This document shows positions 22,802 through 34,000 of a stretch of DNA of 50,138 nucleotides, in pieces (position 1 is the first letter of the stretch; the number at the start of each line of letters is the position of its first letter). The notes under the pieces were generated by a model, which saw only the letters and a list, made by a program, of their open reading frames with translations, was not told the origin of the DNA and made no database searches. This DNA comes from Rhizaria sp. SCN 62-66 (taxonomy: Eukaryota). Where the stretch lies: assembly GCA_001724265.1 (NCBI GenBank), contig MEDY01000231.1:1-50138 (forward strand), read 5' to 3'. The translations under genes were made by a program, and so were the position numbers.

Positions 22802-24733
22802 TTACGGCTCCCACATGATGAGCGAAATCAATTTCTCTGCTGCCGCAGCTTCTATAATGTTGTTGTCGCAGCGGTAACCGCTATTGTCGTACACGATTAG
22901 TCCATACGGCGCAACAGGGTCTGCAGGCTGCCTCTGCACGCCACGGTGACCGTGAACAACGGCTCCCGAGCGCCCGAACGCGTCACCGCGGTGCCCGAAC
23001 CCCCCCGAGTTGCTGTGGCCGTGGACGTCCGTCACAGAGCTAGCTGCAACGCCAGCCGCAGCGTCGGCGTCGGTGGCGGCAAGCGCGCGCGCCGCGGCAA
23101 TGATGCCGTGCCTGCGGCCTGCGGTGGCCGCCGCGGCCGCTGCTGCAGCGGGCTTGGGCGCAAGCGAGTTCAACACCGCGGCCAGGTCATCGTCGTCGTT
23201 GCAATCATCGTTATCATCGCCCGCTCTAGCACGACTGCTAGTGCCGCTGAGGATGCTGCTGCTGCTGCTGCTGCTATTGCCGTAGCCGTAGCCGACGCGG
23301 GCAACAAGGGCGCGGCTACCGTCGCTGTCGCCCAGGGCCAGCGGGGCGCGCGGGCGCAGGCGCAGCGGCGGCGACGGCGGGCGCGCCTGCGTCCTGTGGA
23401 GGCCGGAGTTGTGCTCAATGATGCAAGCGCCGAAATCACTGCCACATGCGACTGCCAGTGCAGAGCTATGATCGCTGCTGCTAACGTTCACAAGACCGCC
23501 ACGGTTGTTTTCCAGCGCTAAATAACGGAGATTCGCAGCAGTGCCATTGCCATCACCGACGGTTGCTGCTGCCAACGCTGCCGCTGCGGTGATGTCCGCC
23601 GCCTGCCGTTGGTCGCGCTCGAAGGCGGCGCGCAGGCGGGCGCGAGTGCGGGCGATCTCCGCGTCGGATGCGGCCTGCCGCCATAGAGGCCGCCCGTCAG
23701 ACCGCTGCGTCGCTGCAGCCGGGGCGCGCGCGTGTGCGGGTGCTTGCGCGTGCGCGTGCGCCTGTGTGTGCTCGTGAATGTGCGCGTGCGCGGTTGCATG
23801 CCCTCCGCGGCTGCTCATGCTGTTCCTGTAGTTGTCATTTCTATCGGTGCGTGCGTCACTGCGACAGTGCGCGTTCGTGCGCGCGTAAACTTTGCGGTTT
23901 TCGGCTGTCGAATCGAAGTCTGAGTCGTCGGCAAGAGCACACGAGCGAGCAGACTGACTGGGCACAGGGGCGCGTGCGCTTGCGTTAGTCTGGGAGGCTG
24001 CCAGTGGAGTGGCGGGGCCATATGGCGTAGCTAACAATAGACCGTGATCGACAACCGGCTCGCTCTCAGGGGCAGCAACCGCTCGGCGAGTTGCAACATT
24101 ACGAAGACAAGTAGCAGCAGGACCGCTCATGTCGTCCGCCGCAACAGTCTTCGCAGACACAGCGCCGCGACCGGCACGGCCATTGCCTTCAACACCGGCG
24201 TCGCTGAAGCCTACACTGCAGTCGCTCGCACTAAAACTGTTTGTGCCGCCGATGGCGCGGGCGTGCGGGCGCACGACGGGCGGCAAGTCGTCTGGCGGCC
24301 GTGCAACTGGCGGCAATTCGGCGCCGTGCCGCTCGCGAGTTGGCGCGGCGAGCAGACCCGGAATGATGCGACATGACGGCACGGACGGCAGCGGGGCGGG
24401 ATGCACCGCGTTCGGTGCGGGTGCAGAGCGGATGGTGAGAGAGAGGTCGTGAGGAGCATATGGCGCTGCACGGGAAGCCATCACTGTGGCGACCTTAGCC
24501 TGTGCATCAGGGGAAGCAGTAGTTGGGAAGACCGTGTCTTGATGTGTCTTATAAACAGGAGTTTGAGCAGTAAGTTCGCGCGGTGAAATTGCGTCAATTG
24601 GGGAAGTGCTTGTGGGGATGTAGATCGGTGACTCGTTCGCTGAGGTGGGTTGGCTGCTGCGGATGAGACTGAGAGCATCGTGCAAGCTCAACGGTCGCTG
24701 CATGCTTTCAGAATCTACGTGGATAGCGCGCAT
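22802..24733 (-). CDS. Hypothetical low-complexity protein (about 640 aa); start uncertain
   Basis: Long ORF coinciding with a GC-rich block flanked by AT-rich DNA. Composition resembles the disordered regions of neighbouring genes; TAA stop; no recognisable domain. Confidence 0.6.
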   Translation of the reverse strand: MRAIHVDSESMQRPLSLHDALSLIRSSQPTSANESPIYIPTSTSPIDAISPRELTAQTPVYKTHQDTVFPTTASPDAQAKVATVMASRAAPYAPHDLSLTIRSAPAPNAVHPAPLPSVPSCRIIPGLLAAPTRERHGAELPPVARPPDDLPPVVRPHARAIGGTNSFSASDCSVGFSDAGVEGNGRAGRGAVSAKTVAADDMSGPAATCLRNVATRRAVAAPESEPVVDHGLLLATPYGPATPLAASQTNASARAPVPSQSARSCALADDSDFDSTAENRKVYARTNAHCRSDARTDRNDNYRNSMSSRGGHATAHAHIHEHTQAHAHAQAPAHARAPAAATQRSDGRPLWRQAASDAEIARTRARLRAAFERDQRQAADITAAAALAAATVGDGNGTAANLRYLALENNRGGLVNVSSSDHSSALAVACGSDFGACIIEHNSGLHRTQARPPSPPLRLRPRAPLALGDSDGSRALVARVGYGYGNSSSSSSSILSGTSSRARAGDDNDDCNDDDDLAAVLNSLAPKPAAAAAAAATAGRRHGIIAAARALAATDADAAAGVAASSVTDVHGHSNSGGFGHRGDAFGRSGAVVHGHRGVQRQPADPVAPYGLIVYDNSGYRCDNNIIEAAAAEKLISLIMWEP

Positions 24734-25841
24734 ACAAGAGAGAGTGCAATTATTATTAAAAACATGAAATTAAATATCTACGCATCATTCAACCATGTTA
24801 CATTTGTGCAATTTGACGGAGATTTTGTGCCTGGGCATCGAGTTTGAATGCGTCAATGTCATCCATGGCCAGCCATTGGTGACCATATGGTGAGCACCAC
24901 GCGTATTTCTCCTAGGCGGCGAAATGCGATACATCTCGTTGAGATCCGATGCAGTTTGACATTGTAAATGTAAGGACTACACCAATCTCGTGTATTATCA
25001 TTGTCCACGAACAGGATTCAAGCTCAATGAACAATAGTGTGTCCTTACACTGCAAAACGGCGCAGAGTGGCTTGGGCGTATCAGATTGATACAAAGTACA
25101 AAAAGGGGAAATACGAAATTTTTTTAAAAAAAAAGGCAGAATATTACAAACATGACATGCCAAAATATGTGACTACATAACACACATTATAATGAGAACC
25201 ACTGTACATCACTGAGTCCACAGTTGTACACAGTGGTGGATGCCCGAGAGCGGGTACATTAGCAATGTGCCCTGTCGCGTTGCATTGCATCATAACGAGC
25301 AATGACCAACGCCACAATAAAATAGCACTCGCCACAGACTCGACAAGGTGACTCCGGTCAATGTCATCTTGCATCAGCGACACGCCTCACGAGTCAAACA
25401 CCGACACTCACGCAAAAAAAAAAGCACAGATATGCGTCTACTGATCCCGTGTACAGGGAACAGGGGCTCGGACGCAATTAGGCGGCAAAATGATACTATT
25501 GTAATTAAAAAAAAAAAAAATTATCCATGATGGCCGATGGCAGCGGCAGTGAGAGCAAAACGAAGGTGCTTCATCACGATCACATCGTGGTCATGCGCCA
25601 GGCAGTCACTTTCACGAGCAGCGATAAAATCTTCATCGGCCATCCATGAAAAGCAAGCTAGCTAACACACAGATCGAAAGAGACAAATGAAAACACCAAC
25701 TGTTACAACACCAACGAGACAGAAAATGCCCCCAGCAAGAACACGATAGCGACATCAATGGTCCTAGCTTTAGACTCAGACTTAAGTTGCGGCAAGATTG
25801 AAGTGCTTCGCTCGAGCTACTTAGATCGAGTCGCCCAGTAC

Positions 25842-28800
25842 TTAGACGGTGGTTCCGCCCAGATAGTTCTCGTCTCCTTGCGCACCAAGCCCAAGTCCCA
25901 ACCCGAGCCCCAGCCCGAGCCCGAGCCCGTCCCCGTCGTCGTCCTCGTCGTCGTCGCCGTCGTCGTACAGTGCGCCGCCGTGGCCGCCGTGGCCGCCGTG
26001 GCCGGGAGACCCTGCAGCGCGCCCGTGGCCGCCCTTGAGCGCGCGCCTACTGCTGCTCACGTCGAGTCCCCCCTTGCGAGGAGCACGCTTCGCGCCGCCG
26101 CCCATCACGCCGACAACGCCCTGCGGCTACGACGGCGGCTGCGGCTGTGTTTGCACACTCACCTGCTGGCCGACAGCGCCGGCAGTGGCGCCAGCCCCGC
26201 TGCGCGCCGCAGCCACCTTGCTGCCCGCACCCGCCGCCGCAGCGGTGCCGACTGCCGCCGCGCCCGTCGCGGTGTCTCTCTCGTCGCCGTAGCCGTCGCC
26301 GTCATAGTCCTCGCCGTAGTCGCTACCCACGCTGCCGCCGCGGCCCCTACCCACGATCGCGCCGTGGTCGCTGCGGCGCTGGCCGCGAGCGAGGCCGAGG
26401 CCGCGGCGCGCGCTGCGGCGGCGGGCGCGGCAGATAGCCTTGACGTCCTTGACGACGAGGCGCACGATGAGCAGCGCGGCGACGCAGCACGACGCCATGA
26501 GCAGATAAAACACGTTGTCCCAGCCGCCCTTGCCGTCGTCGTCATCGCCACTGCTGCCACCCGAGCCGGCGACGAGCGCGACGAGGATGCCCTGCGTGGC
26601 GGCGCCCGCGGTGCCGAAGCCGTCGATGATGCCCGAGACGGCGGCGAGCGCGGTGGCGTCGTCGCCCAGGTCGGGGTGCGAGCCCAAGTCCGCCGAGACG
26701 GCCGTGGTGATGAGCGCGTAGGGCCCGTTGACCATGACGCCCAGCAGCGTCATGATGGCGATGGTGACGGGGACACCGCCCAGGTGCTCGGCCGTGACGG
26801 AGCGGAACACCAGCAGCACGGGAACCGTGAGCAGCAGCGCCGAGGAGCTGATGAGCGCGGGGCGGCCCGTCTTATCGCTGAGGTAGCCGACAACGACGCC
26901 GCCGACAATGCCGCCCACGTCGAACGTGGTCGACAGGTACCCCGCGACCGAAGACTGGTAGCCCGTCGACTCGAGGTAGTAGGGCAGCCAGAAGAGGAAC
27001 GTGTAGGCGACGAGCTTGGTGAAAAAAAGCGTGAACGAGTACTCGAGCACGCCCGGCAGCAGCAGCGCCGCGAGGAACGTCACGTTCTTCGCGGGGCCCT
27101 TGCCCTCAGCGCCGCCCGCGGCGGGAGACGCCGGCACCACGACCGTGTGCGCGGCGCCGTTGATGCTGGTGCTCATGCTCGCACTCGGACTCGCGGTGGC
27201 GGTCACGGGCACGCCCGTCGTCGAGGTGAAGGCGACAACGGCCTTGCCGTGGCCGCCGCGGCCGCGGTCGAGCGCCGCGGCCGCGTGATCGGCGAGCACG
27301 CGGGCCTCTTTGCTGCCGTAGCCGCGGCCCCCGCCCTCGACGCCGTCTTCCTCCTCCTCGTCCCCGTCCTCGTCCGCGCCCTCGCGGCCGCGGGGGCTGT
27401 TTGTTCTAGCGCGCGCGCCGTAGTTGTGCACGGGCGAGCCCCCCGCGCTGCGGACCACGCTCGCGCCGGAGTGACGCGCGCGGCCCAGCGTCTTGGCCTG
27501 GGTCTTGCCGCGCCCGCTGCCGTTGCAGTTGCTGTTGTCCGCGGGCGCGGACGCGGGCAGCGAGGCGGCGTCGAGGTCGGCGCCCAGCGCGTCGATGTCG
27601 GTCGCGCTCGCGGGCAGCGCGTGTCCCCCGCCGAGTTCCTGTGCGAGCGCGCGGTCGATCTTGCCCTGCGCCTCCTCGGGCGTGGGCGTCAGCGCCAGGA
27701 GCGTGACCGCGGCCGTGAGCACCGAGACGAGGGCGGGGAAGGCGAAGGCGTACACCCATCCAGGGGTGCCGGAGGCCGCGGTGGGCTTGGCGCCGAGCGA
27801 GAGCGCCGAGGTTGCGATGACAACGCCCAGCACGTTGCCGATGCTTGTGTGCGCGTTCCAGACCCCCATCACGCAGCCGCGGCTGCCCTTGGCGAACCAG
27901 TTGGACATGACGGCCACGACCGCGGGCCAGCCAGACGCCTGCATGAGCCCCGTGAAGACGTTAGCGACGGCGTAGTAGGCGAAGGCGTGGATGTCGAGGA
28001 CAAAGCCCAGCGGCCACATCGCGAGCCCGACGCCGACACCGAGCAGCCCGAGCGCGAGGAACAGCCTCAGGTCCGAGCGGTCGGCGATGTGGCCCGCGCC
28101 GAAGAGCCCCACGGCATAGGACGCGAGGAAGAGCGTGTCGAGCAGCCCCAGCAGGCGCTTGCCCGCCGCGCCCACGAAGGGCTCCCAGTTCAGCGCGGCG
28201 TCGGCGTCGGCGCCGTCGGGCACGAAGGCCGACTTGACGATCGAGTAAGGCCGGCGCGTAACGTGATAGACGGCGTACTGCAGGAAGGTAACGAGCCACG
28301 CCAGCAGCTGGTAGCGGCGGTAGTGGCGCGCGAACGCCTGGTCAGACTCAAGCCGCGCCGCGATCGCGGCCGTCGCGGCCGACGTCACTGGCGGTGCCGT
28401 CAGCGAGGGCGCGGCGGCCGAGTCGAAGCCCAGGCGGTTGTCGTCGTCCTTGTCCTTGGCGTCGCCGTCGCCAGCGTCGTCGTTATAGCCAGTCGCGTTG
28501 CTGTATCTGTCGCCGTTGCTGTTGCTGTGGGTAAGGCGCGGACTACTCGAGGCCGCGGCCGCAGCTGCAGTGGCCGCAGTTGCGCTGTTAGGAAAAGCGG
28601 GCACAACAGCGCGGCGCTGCTTCGCGCTGCTCGAGCTGTTAGCGCCAGCCCCGACACTGGCACGCTTGTGCTCCTCCTTGTTTTGCCCATACACACCATT
28701 GCTGTGAACATCATCGTGTTCGTGCTCGTGGTCAAGCTCGTGGGTCGCAACGCGGCCGGCGCTGCGGTGCCCGGCCGCGCTACCGATGCCGTCGCCGCCG

Positions 28801-29645
28801 CTGTCGCTGTCGTCTAGAATGTCGCGGTGCTTCTGCTTGTTTTGCTTACTCTGCTGGTTGGTAAGACTGCCGCTATCTGCGAAGGTGCCGTTGACATCTG
28901 CGGCCGCGGCGGGGTTGGTGCTCAGATACTCGTCGTCGTCGTAATAGTCGTGCAGCTTTGCGCGCTGGTAGTCCTTCCGCCGCGGCGGCTGAGCGTTGTT
29001 GTTGCTGGTAGGTTTGCTATTGTTGTTGTGATTGTTAGCATTGATTCTCAGGCTCGCGTTGAGGCTTGCACCAGCGCGCGGCGCCGCACTCGCGCTGCCG
29101 CTGCTGACCGGACTCAGACTGCTGCTGCTGCTGCTGCTGAGGGCGCTGGCTGCGGGGGCGCCGCTGGCGCCGACACCGTTGCTGTCGAGCGCCTGTTTGG
29201 TGACGGCGGCGGGCGTCTGCGGTACGAGACCGCCAAGACGGCCGGTGCGCGCGCGCCCGGGGCCGCCGGCGGGGTCCTCGCTGTCGTCGTCCTCGTCCTC
29301 GTCCTCGTCGCCGCCGCCGGATAGGCCGCGCGCGGAGCGTCCGAGGGCCGCGGAGGTGGTGGGCAGCGGGAGCGCAGGCAGGCTGGATCCAGCGTGGAGA
29401 CTCGCGGCGGGCGGCGTCGCAGCGGTGACAGCAAGTGCGGGCACGCCGGGGCCCGCGGCGCCCGCAGTAGCGGCAAACGCAGCGGAGTCGGATGCTGTGG
29501 TTGCAGCGGCGTTCGTGGCGGACGCGGAGGCGAAGGAGGGCAGGAGACGAGCTGCAGCGGCTGTGTCTGTGTTCTTGTTATTAACACCGCTCGCACTGCC
29601 GTTGATGCCACCCGAGGCGGAGCCACCGGTCTTGCGGGAAGACAT
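25842..29645 (-). CDS. SLC37A: SLC37A1/2-like sugar-phosphate/Pi exchanger (MFS, OPA family), with a C-terminal tail beyond an in-frame TAG at 26129-26127
   Basis: Motifs YHVTRRPYSIVKS, WEPF, GHIADRSDLR, GWPAVVAVMSNWF, RGCVMGVWNAHTSIGN, KLVAYTFLFWLP and NGPYALITTAVSADLG. ORF 29672-26127 and ORF 26108-25842 are in one frame; it ends with TAA at 25844-25842. Confidence 0.9.
26127..26129 (-). other. In-frame TAG codon 3 (SLC37), context QQVSVQTQPQPPS*PQGVVG
   Basis: CCG CCG TCG TAG CCG CAG GGC, followed by 94 sense codons before TAA. A 36-nt intron (GTGAGT...TCGTAG) is a possible alternative. Confidence 0.6.
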
Positions 29646-31040
29646 CACACCTGAAGGTAAGAGGGTGAGCAACTGACGCTCGACGCGGGCTTAGCGCGCG
29701 AGTGGGCGAAGGAAGAGCGCAAGCGCGTGCGGAAAGGTGGCGTGGCGATGGCGTCACCACGGAAGCGAGGCTGTGGAAGAGGTGTGCCAAAGTTTATAGC
29801 GTTACCGGCAATACTATAGAGTGCATTATGGCAAGGAAAATGACATCTCTGAGCGAGTTTTTTCAACAACGATGATAGAGGACGCAGGCGCGCGGCGAAA
29901 GTGGCGTTCAGACGATGTGTCTAGCGGTTTGTTCACTGGCGTTAATGTTTGCATACAAGCGCTCCACGGAGCGCACAAAAAAATCGCATTCAAATATCAA
30001 TTTAATTAGAGTTATATACACCCCGTTTTCTTAAACCATATTCTTTACATCGCCTTAAGCGTCTCTCCAGACACTGGCAGAATGACTCCAGTCAACGAGC
30101 CAGTCTCGATCGGTGGGGGTCTGATTTGTGGCCAGACTGGTTGGACTTGAGAGAACAGTCTATGTAGTCGTAATCTCTGGGTGAACAGACCAGGTTTTAA
30201 AACCCACGGGGATTATACGCACGAAATTTTATTTTGACAAATTGTAGAGTTCTCCAGCTTCCTTATATGCTGACCTATGAAAGGTCCTTTTTTGAAGATC
30301 GGCCACATCACGAGATCGGTTGTTTGGGCTACGCGCTGTCATACTAAGCAAGAGATACTGAACGATTCGCCCCGCAATTAACTGATAATACACGGCAATG
30401 TAACTGGTAATTATGGTTGCATTTTCCGACCGACTGAACACGCCTTTAAGTCCGTAAACACAGCTCCCTCCTGCTCATCATACGACACATTCTTTGTAAT
30501 GCCCACTTTATTCACGTCTTTACAGCAATGGATACGAATCTTCACTTGCGTGAATACAAAGAGGAGACATGTAGGAACCGATAATATTTGGTTCATTGCT
30601 GGAATCGAAATGTTACCATTTTTTATCGATTATATATATGCTGTAATTATTTATTTGTTTCATAGAAACTAGTTGTTCGTAGCGTAACGGCGCCGACCTG
30701 GCGCAGTCAACAACAAGCGATAGCCTTCACAGATGCGCTATTACTGCCCGCGCCCGCCGCGGCGACAGTGTTAGGCGCTGCAACAGCTGTGGCGAGAAAA
30801 GCTCTCTGGTGGGTTCGTGCAGTGGACACAAGCGGAACTGAAAAGAAGCAGAAAATTTGGCCGTTTTGAGATCTAATATAGCGCCCAAACAATATAACAG
30901 AGATGAAAAAAATGAAAAATTGAGTGAACCCATCGAATACAAGAGATAGAAACGTGGATTCTCTATTGAACGCAGATTGTCAAACTTTGTGCAAACAGTT
31001 TTGAATGTTCTAAAGTTAATATGCTCTTGATTGTCATTTC

Positions 31041-34000
31041 TTAGCTGCCGGTGCTCTTGGTGATATGTCTCCACGCAGAGAAACGTAGCGCAAAGTACGC
31101 CAAAATGCGGACGCCAATCATGAGGCCAATAACCGCAAAAGCGTTTCCGGCGTAGTGGCTGCCGCTGAGTGAAAATAGGTGCATGACATCGCTGCCGTTG
31201 ACCATGGGACAGAACTGCTCCATCGTGCCGTCGTCGAGTGGCACCGTGATGTACTCGTGAGGGTCGCAGCCAAGCTCGAGTCCGTTGAACTCGACTCCCA
31301 TCACGGACTCGAACATGAACTTCTGTGGTGACAGGACCTGAAGCCACTTGAGCCAGCCTACGCACCATGCAAATAAAAAAAAGTGAATACAGATATAATT
31401 GTGAGGAATTGACGTGCGTTAGCGTAAACCCAGTATATGCTAAGTAGCTTTGCATTTCACAACGTATGTGTGACTGAGCTTAAAAAATTTTGTCTTAAAG
31501 AGAGCATATACACAATCAACTGAGTATTACTTGTGCATCCTTACCTGGCATCGTCTCGTTATGTGCAAAGAATCCCGTGACCATCATAAACGGCACCATA
31601 ACAATTGGCGACAGCATGAGCGCTACCGTGCGATACGGCACGAGCGCACCAACAATGAGTGCGTACGAGTGCGTGGCCTGTCCGGTGAGGATCAGCGCAA
31701 AGATGTAGCCGACAAACTTGTTCATGTCGCCCTGAAGTCCGACCATGGGATACGCAAAGGCGCCGAAGATAATCGCAAGCACGGTCTGCAGTGCCATATC
31801 AACAAAAGTGCGCCCCAGGAAGTATGCCGACGTCGAGTAGATGTGCTTCTGCTTTTCGCGCAAGAAAAGCGCGCGCTCCTCTGTAAACGTGAGCACAGCG
31901 GCAACAATAGTGATAAACGCCTGGATCGACGTCATAAAGAACAGAAACCCCACGCGTGCGTACACACTTTGCTGCTTGTTGCCAGTCTGAAAAAAGAGCA
32001 GCCCGACAAAGACTGACAGGAACACGTTGACGGCCACACGCATGACTGTGTTCATCGGCTGGCGGATCACATGCAGAAACGTGCGGTGTGACAAGTGCTT
32101 AAGCTGGTGCTTAAACGCGAGCTGCGGCACGCCCGGAGTGATGTGCTCCGTGCCGCCTGCCCCGGCCTCACGGTCAAGGTGGATTCCGTAGGCGCCCTCT
32201 AGCCCCGCTACAGTAGACGCTGAGTTGCAAAACTCGCCCGGCGCCCCCAAGCCCGCGGCGCCGCCAACACCACCACTGGCGCCCGCACCGCCGGCGCCGC
32301 CGCGGCCGTCCTCGTGGTGGCTAGCGCGCAGGCGCGGAATGTAGTTTGTCAAAAACGGCGTTAAACGAGGGTCGCGCGGCACAGGCCGCATGAGGTACTG
32401 CTCGGCAACTAAGTTAAGCCGTGTGTCCTCGCGCGATGCAATGATGCGCTTTATTGCCATGCTTGACAGCGATGTGAACGGGTAACGGGCTTTGCGAAGT
32501 GCGAGAAGACCATTAACAGTCTTTTTAGCGGCGCTATTACCGTCTGCATTGTCGTTCTCGTCCTCCTCGTTAATGCTGCTTGAGTTCACTAAAGCTGCTT
32601 CCGTGACTACGCTGCTCTTGATGCGCAACTTCGACTTAATCAGCTCAACAGACTTGTGCCGCGGGTCGTGCGGCGACAGCGCGGTGGCCGTGCCCTTCTG
32701 CTCCGCGACAATGAGATCGCGCAGCATGTCGGTTGAGTTCTGCTGCAGCACGTTGAGAAAGAACTCGGCCGGGTTTGCCGACGCCGGGCAGTTGTAGCCG
32801 AGCCCAGTGAAGTAGTCAAGCGCGCGCGGCGCGGGGCCGAAGTACGCGAGCTTGCCGCGCGACAGCAGCACGAGTGTGTCGAACATGTCGAAGATCTTGG
32901 TGTTGGGCGAGTGAATTGTGAAAATGACTGTACGACCAGTGCGCACAAGGTCCTTAAGCACCTTCATCACCTTGACAGCGGTCGTCGAGTCCAGGCCGGA
33001 CGTCGGCTCGTCGAGAAACAGGATCGCGGGATCGCGGATCATCTCGACGCCGACCGACACGCGCCGCCGCTGGCCGCCAGAGATGCCGCGCACAAACGCA
33101 GTGCCAATGGGCGTGTCAGCGCAGTCGAGCAGATCAAGCTGCTTCAGAATGCGTTCCACACGCTTCATCTTGCGCTCCTCGCCAATGGCCTCGGGCAGTT
33201 GCATTTTGGCCGCAAAGCGCAGGGTCTCGCGCGGCGTTAGCGTGCCCAGCAAGACGTCTTCCTGCAAGTCTCGGTGTTGCGTAGCAAATAAATAAGAGTT
33301 AAGGGAGAGCTGTAAGTGCGTACACAAAAATTAAGTTTTACGAATAACGTCATTTCATCGGTAACTTGATCACACTTTTGGTCATGCGTACCTGCATCAC
33401 GTATCCTGTAAGCGAGCCTAACTCCGTCTCCGACACGCGCGTGCCGTTGAGCAGCACATTGCCTGTCGAAATTCCGTGTTTTTTTAGGTACTCCTCCTCA
33501 TTGCCCCTGCCACCAGCTCCGCCAATGCCGTTAGTAGCCGCGCCGTCCTCGTCTTCATCAGACCACGCCCCGCCGCCTGCGGCAGCTGTGCTGCTGGCAG
33601 CGGCCGCGGCCCCAGGCTTGCGCTTGCGCATGTCCGTCGGTTTGAGCTGGATGCGGCCCGAAAGCGCGTTGAGCAGCGTCGTTTTGCCCGCGCCGGACGC
33701 GCCCATAATGGCGACCATGCGCCCGGGCTCGATGACGCCGCTAAGCCCGTCAAGAATTGTTTGCGGCACGTTCTCCATCGCCTCACGGTTGCACATCCAG
33801 CTCAGCGCCGGGCACGCCGAGCCGCGGCCGCCAGAGTCGTCCGCGCCGCCGTCGGCGTCGTCGTCGTCATCCTCGTCCCAGCGCCCGATCGGCGCGGCAA
33901 AGTCGTCGACGGCGTCGTGGCCGTGACCGTGGGCATTACTGCTGCTGATTGTGCCGTTTGTGCTGTTCTTGTCCCAGCGGCGCGCACCGCTGTCGTGGCC

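Noticed and set aside
25758-28817. 1019-aa plus-strand ORF, and similar long antisense ORFs (2637-3806, 12400-14409, 43127-44587)
   Set aside because: They are codon-aligned shadows of real genes on the other strand, caused by avoidance of TTA/CTA/TCA in GC3-rich genes. They have no motifs of their own.
30050-30600. Short ORFs and a CCAGTCT/AGACTGG inverted repeat as a transposon relic
   Set aside because: No transposase or RT motifs, terminal repeats or target-site duplication were recognisable.
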